This document shows, in pieces, positions 9,436 to 17,907 of a stretch of 64,000 nucleotides of DNA. The notes beneath the pieces are model-generated. The model had not been told where the DNA came from and made no database searches. It saw only the letters and a program-made list of their open reading frames with translations. The position numbers and the translations under genes are program-made. Numbering within the stretch: the stretch's first letter is position 1; every line of letters starts with the position of its first letter. Location: NCBI GenBank assembly GCA_040388055.1, contig JAZKCO010000001.1, forward strand, positions 160,711 through 224,710. The letters run 5' to 3'. Source of the stretch: Bacteroidota bacterium. Its GTDB lineage: Bacteria; Bacteroidota; Bacteroidia; Sphingobacteriales; Sphingobacteriaceae.

Positions 9436-11096
9436 GCTTAAAACAGTTATGCCTATTTTTTCTACTTATTGTGGGAAGTAAGGCTTTTGCACAATCAGCC
9501 AGTAAACAAAAAGATACTAGCCTCTTTAATCTTGCCGAAAAAGCAACAGTTTCATCTCCATACGCTCAAAAATTCCCGCAACGAAAGATTACTAATCTAA
9601 TTGATGGAAAGTCAGATAATAACCCTAATAACGGCTGGACCCCAAATATTTCGAACGTAAATAGCAAAAATCCGGTCTTGATTGCTTTAAGTTGGGAAAA
9701 ACCTGTCCGTATTGAACAGATTGATTTGTCGTGGTTAAAGAATTGGTATTTTACTGATTATACATTTGCTACATGGAACGGCCCCGAACCAGTAATTTTA
9801 ACGGCTCCACCAACCCGTTATAAACACACCAATGTTTTTACTTCGGGGCAGGAAGGTTATCATACTTTCCGTATCCCGGCAATGGTTATTTCTCCTAAAG
9901 GAACGATTTTTGCCTTTTGCGAAGGCCGGAAAAACAATAATCGCGATGTTGGTGCTATCGATTTATTGGTTAAACGAAGCACCGACCAGGGGGCAACCTG
10001 GGGGGCAGCTCAGGTAGTTTATGGCGAAAAAAGTGAAGTTACCATCGGGAATCCAGTTCCAATAGCAGATAAAACAGGTAATATTCATGTTGTTTTCTGC
10101 AAAGACAGTAAATCGGTGCTGTATTCGAAAAGTAACGACGATGGTCTCACGTATTCATCTCCAGCAGATATTACTAATGCGATTGATGAGCTTTGTAAAA
10201 ATGCAGGACTTCAATGGGATCAGGTATGGACAGGCCCTGGTCATGGATTAGAAACAAGCAAGGGCCGTTTAATTATCCCGTTAAAAGTTACCAGAAAAGA
10301 AACAGAAGGTATAAAGAGAAGGGTTGGAATTATCTATAGCGATGATGGCGGAAATACCTGGCTTCCAGGCGGGATTGTAACACCATCGATTGGTGAAATG
10401 AGTGAATGTTCGGTATTCGAAAAAGCAGATGGAACTTTATTAATAAATATGCGCTGGCACGATGGACGTTATCGTGCGGTTAGTGAAAGTGCTAACGGTG
10501 GCCTAACCTGGAGTGTTCCAATTGCAGCAAAGCAACTTCCCGACCCTGGTTCGGAAGGAAGTATTATTAGATATTCTTCTGATAAAGATGACCAACGAGT
10601 TTTGTTTTCTAATCTTAATAATCAGGAAGTGGGAACGGTAAACAGAAAAAACCTAACCTTAAGGCTAAGTAAGGATGATGGGAAAACCTGGAATTCGGGT
10701 TTGCAAATTGTTCCGGGTCCGGCTGGATATTCGGATATTGCCATTACCAAAAAAGGTAAAGTTGCAATCCTTTTCGAGAATGGAACCGCAAGTTATTCGG
10801 ATCAACTTACGTTTTGCCTGATTGATCCCAATGAGCTTGAACTACCTAAAAAAGGAGCATTAACAAAAGAAAGCTATGAGGTAAATGTTGCCCGGTCGTT
10901 TATACAAAATAAGAACTGGAATCTTATTGAAAAGATTTCAAATAATGAGGCTAAGCCTAAAATATACACCCTAAAAAAACCTATCGTAACTAATACGCTG
11001 TTTATTTCTGTTTCGGGAACACACCAGCCCGATGGCCTTGCCTACTTTCAGGAAATCAGAGTTCTTGGCCACGAAAATAATGATGAAAAGAAATAA
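9432..11096 (+). CDS. GH33 sialidase flanked by two halves of an F5/8-type (discoidin/CBM32-like) domain
   Basis: FRIP, EGR, Asp boxes (STDQGATW, SNDDGLTY, SDDGGNTW, SKDDGKTW), SE, NMR, RKNL and GYSD all present; ATGA overlap with the GH27 gene. Confidence 0.9.
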   Translation: MSLKQLCLFFLLIVGSKAFAQSASKQKDTSLFNLAEKATVSSPYAQKFPQRKITNLIDGKSDNNPNNGWTPNISNVNSKNPVLIALSWEKPVRIEQIDLSWLKNWYFTDYTFATWNGPEPVILTAPPTRYKHTNVFTSGQEGYHTFRIPAMVISPKGTIFAFCEGRKNNNRDVGAIDLLVKRSTDQGATWGAAQVVYGEKSEVTIGNPVPIADKTGNIHVVFCKDSKSVLYSKSNDDGLTYSSPADITNAIDELCKNAGLQWDQVWTGPGHGLETSKGRLIIPLKVTRKETEGIKRRVGIIYSDDGGNTWLPGGIVTPSIGEMSECSVFEKADGTLLINMRWHDGRYRAVSESANGGLTWSVPIAAKQLPDPGSEGSIIRYSSDKDDQRVLFSNLNNQEVGTVNRKNLTLRLSKDDGKTWNSGLQIVPGPAGYSDIAITKKGKVAILFENGTASYSDQLTFCLIDPNELELPKKGALTKESYEVNVARSFIQNKNWNLIEKISNNEAKPKIYTLKKPIVTNTLFISVSGTHQPDGLAYFQEIRVLGHENNDEKK

Positions 11097-11146
11097 TCAG
11101 TGTAGATTTTTCGATAAAAACCAATTTACCTAAATAAATTAGAAAA

Positions 11147-12085
11147 ATGATGAAAATAGAAGGCCTCATTACTGCGACTTTTTGCCCATTTAATCCAGAT
11201 GGATCCCTAAATATCTCTCTAATACCGATAATTGTAGAAAAAGCAATAGCAGATGGCTTAACCGGCGTGTTTGTTTGTGGTACAAATGGAGAAGGCCCCA
11301 ATCTCACTATTGAAGAAAGAATGTCGATTGCTGAAGAGTATGTTAAAGTAGTCGACAATAGAATTTTAGTTATCGTACACGTTGGTCATAACTCGATAGC
11401 CGAGTCGAGGAAGCTGGCCAAACATGCAGTTGCTATTGGGGCTGATGCCATTTCTTCGGTCGCCTCCTTTTATTTTAAATTAAGTTCTGTTTACAATTTA
11501 GTGGAAAGCATAGCAGCAATAGCTGCTGCAGCACCAGACCTTCCATTTTATTATTATCATATCCCAGCACTTACTGGTGTGGCCATGGATATGGTCGAAT
11601 TTTTAAAACTAGGCGAAGAGTTAATCCCGAATTTAGCTGGAATAAAATATACTGCCTCTACACTTCATGAGTATCAGGCCTGCCTAAATTATAAGAATGG
11701 AAAGTTTGATATCTTATTTGGGTATGATGAGATGCTGCTAAGCGCATTATCGGTTGGCGCAAAGGGTGCAGTAGGGAGTACTTATAATTTTGCTGCTGGG
11801 TTATACCTGCAAATCATGAACCTTTATCGCCAAGATGAGAAAGAAGCTGCAAGAAAACTTCAACTTACTGCAGTAGAAATGGTTCGGTGTTTGGTACAGT
11901 TCCCTTCTCTTCCGGCCCAAAGGGCTATTATGAAAATGATTGGACTTGACCTAGGCACCTGCCGGCTGCCCTTGAAAGAACTTTCAGAAAAGGAATCTAA
12001 CCTATTAAAAGCTGGTTTGGAGGCTATTGATTTTTTTGCGATCGTAGAAAATTGCCGCGGGCCGGTAAAGAAAGTCTTGTTTTAA
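11147..12085 (+). CDS. DHDPS/N-acetylneuraminate lyase-family aldolase
   Basis: GTNGE, YYYHIP (catalytic Tyr), GIKYT (Schiff-base Lys), FGYDE sugar-binding motif, GAVGSTYN. Confidence 0.9.
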   Translation: MMKIEGLITATFCPFNPDGSLNISLIPIIVEKAIADGLTGVFVCGTNGEGPNLTIEERMSIAEEYVKVVDNRILVIVHVGHNSIAESRKLAKHAVAIGADAISSVASFYFKLSSVYNLVESIAAIAAAAPDLPFYYYHIPALTGVAMDMVEFLKLGEELIPNLAGIKYTASTLHEYQACLNYKNGKFDILFGYDEMLLSALSVGAKGAVGSTYNFAAGLYLQIMNLYRQDEKEAARKLQLTAVEMVRCLVQFPSLPAQRAIMKMIGLDLGTCRLPLKELSEKESNLLKAGLEAIDFFAIVENCRGPVKKVLF

Positions 12086-12183
12086 TTTGTAGTTATCGTT
12101 TAATTTAAAGTATCTCTTTGTTTAGCAGGCTTCCGGCTATCGCTAATACTAATTTCATCGAAACTTATCTTCCTCATATTAGA

Positions 12184-12215
12184 TTTGATTTTAAGGTTTA
12201 AATCGTTTAGTTTTG
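12184..12215 (+). promoter_or_regulatory. Bacteroidota housekeeping-sigma promoter (-33 TTTG / -7 TAGTTTTG)
   Basis: TTTG at 12184-12187, 20-nt spacer, TAGTTTTG at 12208-12215; matches the TTTG-N19-21-TAnnTTTG consensus. Confidence 0.8.
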
Positions 12216-12219
12216 CAGA

Positions 12220-12238
12220 AATTAGAATTAGTCTAAAT
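12220..12238. promoter_or_regulatory. Fur-box-like inverted repeat
   Basis: AATTAGAATTAGTCTAAAT, core TTAGA-N5-TCTAA, between the -7 element and the TTG start. It is 17/19 identical to ATTTAGAATTATTCTAAAT, the Fur box I recall for Riemerella anatipestifer. Confidence 0.7.
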
Positions 12239-12243
12239 AAGAT

Positions 12244-14973
12244 TTGATAAAATACATTTATATATTATTCTTTCTGCCTCTCTTTACTTTTGGACAACCA
12301 GGCACCATTACCCTTAAGGGGCAGGTGCTCGATGCAGGTAACAAGCCTATTCAATTTGCGGCGATTAGGATTAAAGAAACTAATGAGGCTACTTATTCTG
12401 ATATTAACGGACGGTATACACTCTTACTAAAACATAATTTTTTTCAAACTCTTACCCTACAGGTATCATTTGTTGGGAAGCAATCGGTTATCCGTACTTT
12501 GCAAACAGCAGCGTTTAGTATTGCACAAACTATTATTTTACTCGAGCAGAGCCTTACCCTTAATGATGTGGTAGTAACGGCACAACGTAAAAGGAGTGAA
12601 GTGTCAAACTCATCTATTGTTTTCGATCGCCAATCGATCGACCAGATACAAGCCTTTAGTCTTGCAGATATATTGAATAATCTGCCTGGTAAAACGATGT
12701 CGCCACCCAACCTGCAGTATAAACAAAATGTTACCCTGCGCTCTGCTGGTGCTATTCAAGACCCTGTACAGCTAACTAATAATGCGATGGGTGTAGCTAT
12801 TTATATAGATGGCATGAGGCAGTCGAACGATGCCAATATGCAAACCAGAAATGTAGGCGCATTTGGTATAACAGGCGGTGCCATAGCGAATACAGCAGAC
12901 CCCGGAATAGGCAATCCCCAATACGATACGCCTTTTAGTGGGCTCGATGTGCGCAACATACCTGCCGATAATATCGAAAGTGTGGAGGTGGTATCGGGCG
13001 TGGCATCGGCCAAATATGGCGAATTAACAGATGGCGCTATTATTATTAACCGGATGGCCGGTAAAACAGATTACCGGGTAAACCTACGTTTAAATGGCAC
13101 TTCAACTAATGCGGCTATTTCGAAAGGTTTTAAATTGCCAGGCAAAGCTGGGGCATTAAATACCAATTTTAATTACCTGAATAGTGTTCAGGATCCACGC
13201 GATAACACCAAAAATTACAGTAGGTTAAGCGGCGGATTGATGTGGTCGATCTTTTTAAATAAAGCTATAAAAAACACATTTTCTGCCGATTATAGCCACA
13301 AGATTGATAATGCTAAATTAGATCCCGACGACGACACGCAGCAAATAACTTACTCGAAAGAACGGCGCCTGGGCTTTACCAACCGCACCTCTATAACGGT
13401 AAACAGTAACTTTTTACAGCGCATTAATCTCGGCCTGAGCTACGATGTGGGCTACCAGGAAAGCTATCGCCAGCGATATAATAATACCTCGGCACAAGGA
13501 GTGGCCGATAAAGATACTACCGGAATTTACGAAGGATATTATGTGCCTGGTAATTTCCTTTCTATCGATCACATTATTGGTAAGCCTTATAATGCAGCAG
13601 TTAACCTCGACCTAATCAATAATTTCAGCACCGGCTCGCTAGAGCATAACCTTTCCTTTGGAAGTAATTTCAGTACATCGGGTAACAGCGGGCAGGGAGT
13701 AATTGCCGATCCGTCGCACCCTTACCTTAATATAGCAGGGAACAAGAGCGTGCGTCCATATAGCTTCGATTTGTTGCGTGATATTTATAATATCGGTTTT
13801 TATGCCGAAGACCGCACACTAGTAAAAGTATTTAATAAGCCCTTATCCGTAACGGCTGGGGTGCGTTACGATTTACAGAACGGTTATCCCAGTGTACAAC
13901 CCCGTATTAATACCAGCTATCAATTAAATAGCCAGTGGGCGGTAAGAGCGGCATTTGGCATCGCAAGTAAGGCACCTTCCATGTCGTACCGTTATCCAGG
14001 GCCAACCTATTTCGATATCACGCTCATTAATGCTTATAATACCTTTGTTAATGAGAGCCTTTATTTGGTTTATACCCGGAAAATCGAGCAAGATAACAGT
14101 CGGTTAAAGCCTTCTAAGGCGAGCCAGATAGAATTAGGGACTAGTTTTGAAAGTAAATGGATCAATTCGTCGCTTTATATTTATCTTAAAAGGAATCGTG
14201 ACGGCTTAAATAGTTCTGGCGTTTTTATGCCTATTTACCTGCCAACTTATACCGTTACGCCAGTACCCGGGGGGAAACCAACATACGCCGAAACTGGGCA
14301 ATACAAGCTTTATGCTAGCCTTAGCGACTTGCGGGTAGGCAACCATGTAAATTCGGATAATTATGGCGCAGAATGGTTTGTGAGTACCCGCAAAATTCCG
14401 GTATTGCAAACCTCCTTCAATCTTAATACTTCTGTTGGCTATAGTTATTTCAATAATACAGGTACCGCCATTACCAAAGTCGACGACAGTTACATCATAC
14501 GTGGTAATACTGCATGGTATGGGATTTATAAAGCCATTCATCGTAAAGAATGGTCGGTAATAAGCAAATTAAGTAGCGACACCCATATCCCGCATCTCGG
14601 CTTTGTAGTAAGCCTAATGGCCGATTTTTATTGGTACAATGTACGGCAAGCACTTGGTAATAGTCAGGTTCCGATTGCTTATATCGATAAAGATGGCAAT
14701 ACCATACCCATACCTGTTTTTGATAATAATAATACCGATTATAATTATTTATTGCTCAGTTCGGTAGCCGGTACCAAGGTACAGGATCCGCCTTTTGTTT
14801 ACGGTAACTTAAGTTTAAGGCTGGCTAAAGAAGTACGAAAGAAATTGAGAATATCCGTTTTTGCCTATAATTTTTTAAATATCCGGGTTAAATATTACAA
14901 CCGCGAACTTAATTCGGCAAAGACTTATAATAGCCCCGTAAATGTAGGGGCGGAGTTAGCTTATAAATTTTAA
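12244..14973 (+). CDS. TonB-dependent outer-membrane receptor (non-SusC type)
   Basis: TTG start, signal peptide, carboxypeptidase-regulatory-like N-domain, TonB-box-like DVVVTAQ, plug IESVEVVSGVASAKYG, C-terminal GAELAYKF. Confidence 0.92.
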   Translation: MIKYIYILFFLPLFTFGQPGTITLKGQVLDAGNKPIQFAAIRIKETNEATYSDINGRYTLLLKHNFFQTLTLQVSFVGKQSVIRTLQTAAFSIAQTIILLEQSLTLNDVVVTAQRKRSEVSNSSIVFDRQSIDQIQAFSLADILNNLPGKTMSPPNLQYKQNVTLRSAGAIQDPVQLTNNAMGVAIYIDGMRQSNDANMQTRNVGAFGITGGAIANTADPGIGNPQYDTPFSGLDVRNIPADNIESVEVVSGVASAKYGELTDGAIIINRMAGKTDYRVNLRLNGTSTNAAISKGFKLPGKAGALNTNFNYLNSVQDPRDNTKNYSRLSGGLMWSIFLNKAIKNTFSADYSHKIDNAKLDPDDDTQQITYSKERRLGFTNRTSITVNSNFLQRINLGLSYDVGYQESYRQRYNNTSAQGVADKDTTGIYEGYYVPGNFLSIDHIIGKPYNAAVNLDLINNFSTGSLEHNLSFGSNFSTSGNSGQGVIADPSHPYLNIAGNKSVRPYSFDLLRDIYNIGFYAEDRTLVKVFNKPLSVTAGVRYDLQNGYPSVQPRINTSYQLNSQWAVRAAFGIASKAPSMSYRYPGPTYFDITLINAYNTFVNESLYLVYTRKIEQDNSRLKPSKASQIELGTSFESKWINSSLYIYLKRNRDGLNSSGVFMPIYLPTYTVTPVPGGKPTYAETGQYKLYASLSDLRVGNHVNSDNYGAEWFVSTRKIPVLQTSFNLNTSVGYSYFNNTGTAITKVDDSYIIRGNTAWYGIYKAIHRKEWSVISKLSSDTHIPHLGFVVSLMADFYWYNVRQALGNSQVPIAYIDKDGNTIPIPVFDNNNTDYNYLLLSSVAGTKVQDPPFVYGNLSLRLAKEVRKKLRISVFAYNFLNIRVKYYNRELNSAKTYNSPVNVGAELAYKF

Positions 14974-15002
14974 CTATTCATAATTAAATTCATTAATCAG
15001 CT

Positions 15003-16352
15003 ATGAAACAGATCAAATATCTATTTTTAATTACCATTTTACTTGGCGCACTTGCATCGTGTAAAAAAGATAAATCGAACGATGTAACATTACTTAAACT
15101 AGATGTAAAAACGACATTTGATGATGAAAATGCAACTTTTGGTTTTGGCTTGGATAAAGCAGAAGTGACCGTAATTAATCTGGTAACCAACCAATCTACA
15201 AAAGCAACTAGCAATGCCTCTGGCACAGCCACTTTTAATAACCTATCACCTGGAAACTATAAAATAACGGTTGTATTAACCGTGGCTGCGGCCGATTATA
15301 ATGCTAAAGCAGGTACAAATGTACAGGAAGATATCATTTACAACGGGACCATCAGCAGCCAAAGTATTACCCAAAATACACAGGCGAATGTAATGCTGAA
15401 AGTTGGTCGTGTTGGCGATTTTGTAATTAAGCAAATCTATTATGCGGGCTCTAATGCTGCTAATGGTGCGATATTTCGTGATCAGTTTTTCGAAATCTAT
15501 AACAACTCGAACGAAACCCTCTATGCCGACAGTCTTTATTTTGCGCAGGTAATGGGCATGAGCGCTGCTTCGTCGGGTATCGATCTTAGCAAAGGCTTTT
15601 ACCAAAGCAATGGTCAATACGATTGGACAAAATCTGTTGGGATGAATAATCCAAAAGCCAACACCGATTATATCTATGCAAAAACGATGTTTATGATTCC
15701 TGGAACAGGTAAGCAATATCCACTGGCACCTGGTAAGAGTATCATTATCGCAGCTACTGCATTAAATCACCAGGCACCCTATATTGGGGCTACTGGTAAT
15801 CCAATTACTGTTAAAGACCCGAGCCTTACCATCGATCTTAGTAAGGCCGATTTTGAAGTTTATCTGGGCGATGTGCCAGGAGTAAACCCATTGGCTTCCG
15901 ATCTCGATATGCCCGCTGTTACGAATGTTAAGGTTATAGATAATGGGAGTGGTCGCGACTTAATTATTGATAACCTGGGCCGGGACGGTTTAGTAATCTT
16001 TAAGACAGCTGCTGATGTTACAAAATGGCCAGCTTATGCTACACCAGATGTTACTACGATAACACCAACAACACGTATAAATACTCAGATCCCTGTAGGC
16101 GTAATTATAGACGGTGTTGGCTTACAGCATGCAGTTACCGCATCGCGTGTGCCTAAAAGACTTATCGATGTAATTGATGCCGGAGAAACCTTTGTGCCAG
16201 GAGGATCTTACTCGTCGCAATCTGTAGTGCGTAAAACAAGTAAAGTTGTAAACGGCCGTATTGTATTAAAGGATACTAATAATTCGACTAACGATTTTGG
16301 CATGCTTACTAAAGCCGATCCGTCGAAACAACCCTCATCGTTTATTAATTAA
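15003..16352 (+). CDS. DUF4876-like surface lipoprotein
   Basis: Lipobox LASC; N-terminal Ig-like part; FVIKQIYYAGS, DQFFEIYNNS, ADFEVY and LKDTNNSTNDF resemble DUF4876 as I recall it. Confidence 0.8.
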   Translation: MKQIKYLFLITILLGALASCKKDKSNDVTLLKLDVKTTFDDENATFGFGLDKAEVTVINLVTNQSTKATSNASGTATFNNLSPGNYKITVVLTVAAADYNAKAGTNVQEDIIYNGTISSQSITQNTQANVMLKVGRVGDFVIKQIYYAGSNAANGAIFRDQFFEIYNNSNETLYADSLYFAQVMGMSAASSGIDLSKGFYQSNGQYDWTKSVGMNNPKANTDYIYAKTMFMIPGTGKQYPLAPGKSIIIAATALNHQAPYIGATGNPITVKDPSLTIDLSKADFEVYLGDVPGVNPLASDLDMPAVTNVKVIDNGSGRDLIIDNLGRDGLVIFKTAADVTKWPAYATPDVTTITPTTRINTQIPVGVIIDGVGLQHAVTASRVPKRLIDVIDAGETFVPGGSYSSQSVVRKTSKVVNGRIVLKDTNNSTNDFGMLTKADPSKQPSSFIN

Positions 16353-16356
16353 TTTA

Positions 16357-17901
16357 ATGAAAGGCATACTTTCAATTATAATAAGTTTAACGCTATCGGT
16401 AACTGTATCTGCTCAGGTACAGCCCGATAGCATCTATTTTTATCGACAGGATAGCCGTGTACTCGATATGGCTTTCAGCAACGCTACCCAATTGATACAT
16501 TCGCCTTTTCAAAAAACAAGCTCGATTTCATTTAATTTTAACAGTAATAACGGACATTACCGGAAATCGCAGGAAGCGGAAAATAATTCGGCCGTTCATT
16601 TTTTTACAGGCGGTATACAAACATTGGGGTCGTTTAAATTTTCGGGTAGTTTCGACTTCGAACGGATGTGGGAGGATAGCCTGGCCTATACCATGAAAGG
16701 TTTGCACAGTGATGTTAGCCCCTTTTATTATATGGCCCAAAAAGCTGGAAACTACCAGCGTTTAAATTATAGGCTTAAGGGCACAGCTGTGTATGCTCTC
16801 GTGCCTAATAAACTTAATTTATCGGCTGGTATCGACTACCTTTTTAACTCGGCATCGCGTGCTGTAGATCCGCGTCCATCGGTCGACACTTATCATATTA
16901 TTATAAAACCAGCGATAATCTATCAATGGCAAAACAAAGCAATTGGTCTAGGCGCCGACTTTGGCTATGGTACGGAAATCAATAGCATTGGATATAGTAA
17001 CCAAAGTTTTGCCACCAGTAATCTATATCCCGACCGGTTCATTTACATGGTTACCGGATATGGGTACAGCGACAGGAAAACTGCTTCGATCGATCGTAGT
17101 TTCAGACGCAAAACAAGCTATACCGGGTTAAATTTAAATTACGCAGCCAATTATAATTCGGGATATCTTAAACTCAATTTGCGATACAATGCCTCGCACG
17201 AGAATAATAGTAACGAGTTAGACCAGTCGATTAACGATAAAAATCTGGGTACTTTCGATCTCGATCGCTATGCTGTGGATGTTTTATCAGCAAAAAACAA
17301 TGGACCATTAAAACATCAGTTCTTCATAAAAGCAACCTATACCAGCGGTATCGATTATAATACTCTTTTAGGTGGCAGTAATTATAAATATCGCCAAACT
17401 ACAGGCGAATTTGGGTATAATTTAATGGTTAACCGTAGACCCTTATCATTATTACCAGAGTTTGGCTTAACTTTAAAATACGAACAGCAATTCGGTCGGG
17501 ATATTAGTGCGGGTACGCTTGCCGACCATAGCTACTTACAGCCGGGTTTAAGCATGGCTGTTTATAAAACCTATAAAGGAATGAACCGGTTTTCGGCAAC
17601 TTTATTACCGGCTTTAAGATTGCCACTAAGCCACAAGGTAAATACGACAGCAGGTCTGTTCGATTATTTTACCAATGGGATTGTTTATCCTGACCATAGC
17701 TACTGGTCGTCTACAGCAGCGGTGTTAAGTGGCAAATTCAGCTACTTTACTCCCGTATTATTTAAGGGTACAAATACCGCATTGAGTATTTCCGGAACGT
17801 ATTTAAGACCATTAAATACTCAAACCGATAACATTATTGCTAATTTTGTGCCAAGTGGATATAGACTGGCTGGTTCGGCCAGTTTAAATTTTTATTTCTG
17901 A
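16357..17901 (+). CDS. DUF6850-like outer-membrane beta-barrel protein
   Basis: The ATG at 16357 gives a clean signal peptide (MKGILSIIISLTLSVTVSAQ). Amphipathic beta strands and a terminal LNFYF. The ORF-track start at 16297 overlaps the upstream gene. Confidence 0.75.
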   Translation: MKGILSIIISLTLSVTVSAQVQPDSIYFYRQDSRVLDMAFSNATQLIHSPFQKTSSISFNFNSNNGHYRKSQEAENNSAVHFFTGGIQTLGSFKFSGSFDFERMWEDSLAYTMKGLHSDVSPFYYMAQKAGNYQRLNYRLKGTAVYALVPNKLNLSAGIDYLFNSASRAVDPRPSVDTYHIIIKPAIIYQWQNKAIGLGADFGYGTEINSIGYSNQSFATSNLYPDRFIYMVTGYGYSDRKTASIDRSFRRKTSYTGLNLNYAANYNSGYLKLNLRYNASHENNSNELDQSINDKNLGTFDLDRYAVDVLSAKNNGPLKHQFFIKATYTSGIDYNTLLGGSNYKYRQTTGEFGYNLMVNRRPLSLLPEFGLTLKYEQQFGRDISAGTLADHSYLQPGLSMAVYKTYKGMNRFSATLLPALRLPLSHKVNTTAGLFDYFTNGIVYPDHSYWSSTAAVLSGKFSYFTPVLFKGTNTALSISGTYLRPLNTQTDNIIANFVPSGYRLAGSASLNFYF

Positions 17902-17907
17902 TAAGAT

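Noticed and set aside
1-12100. Impression that the first PUL differs in codon/oligonucleotide usage from the rest (possible horizontal acquisition)
   Set aside because: Visual impression only. It needs computed tetranucleotide and codon statistics. No integrase, transposase, tRNA or flanking direct repeats are visible.
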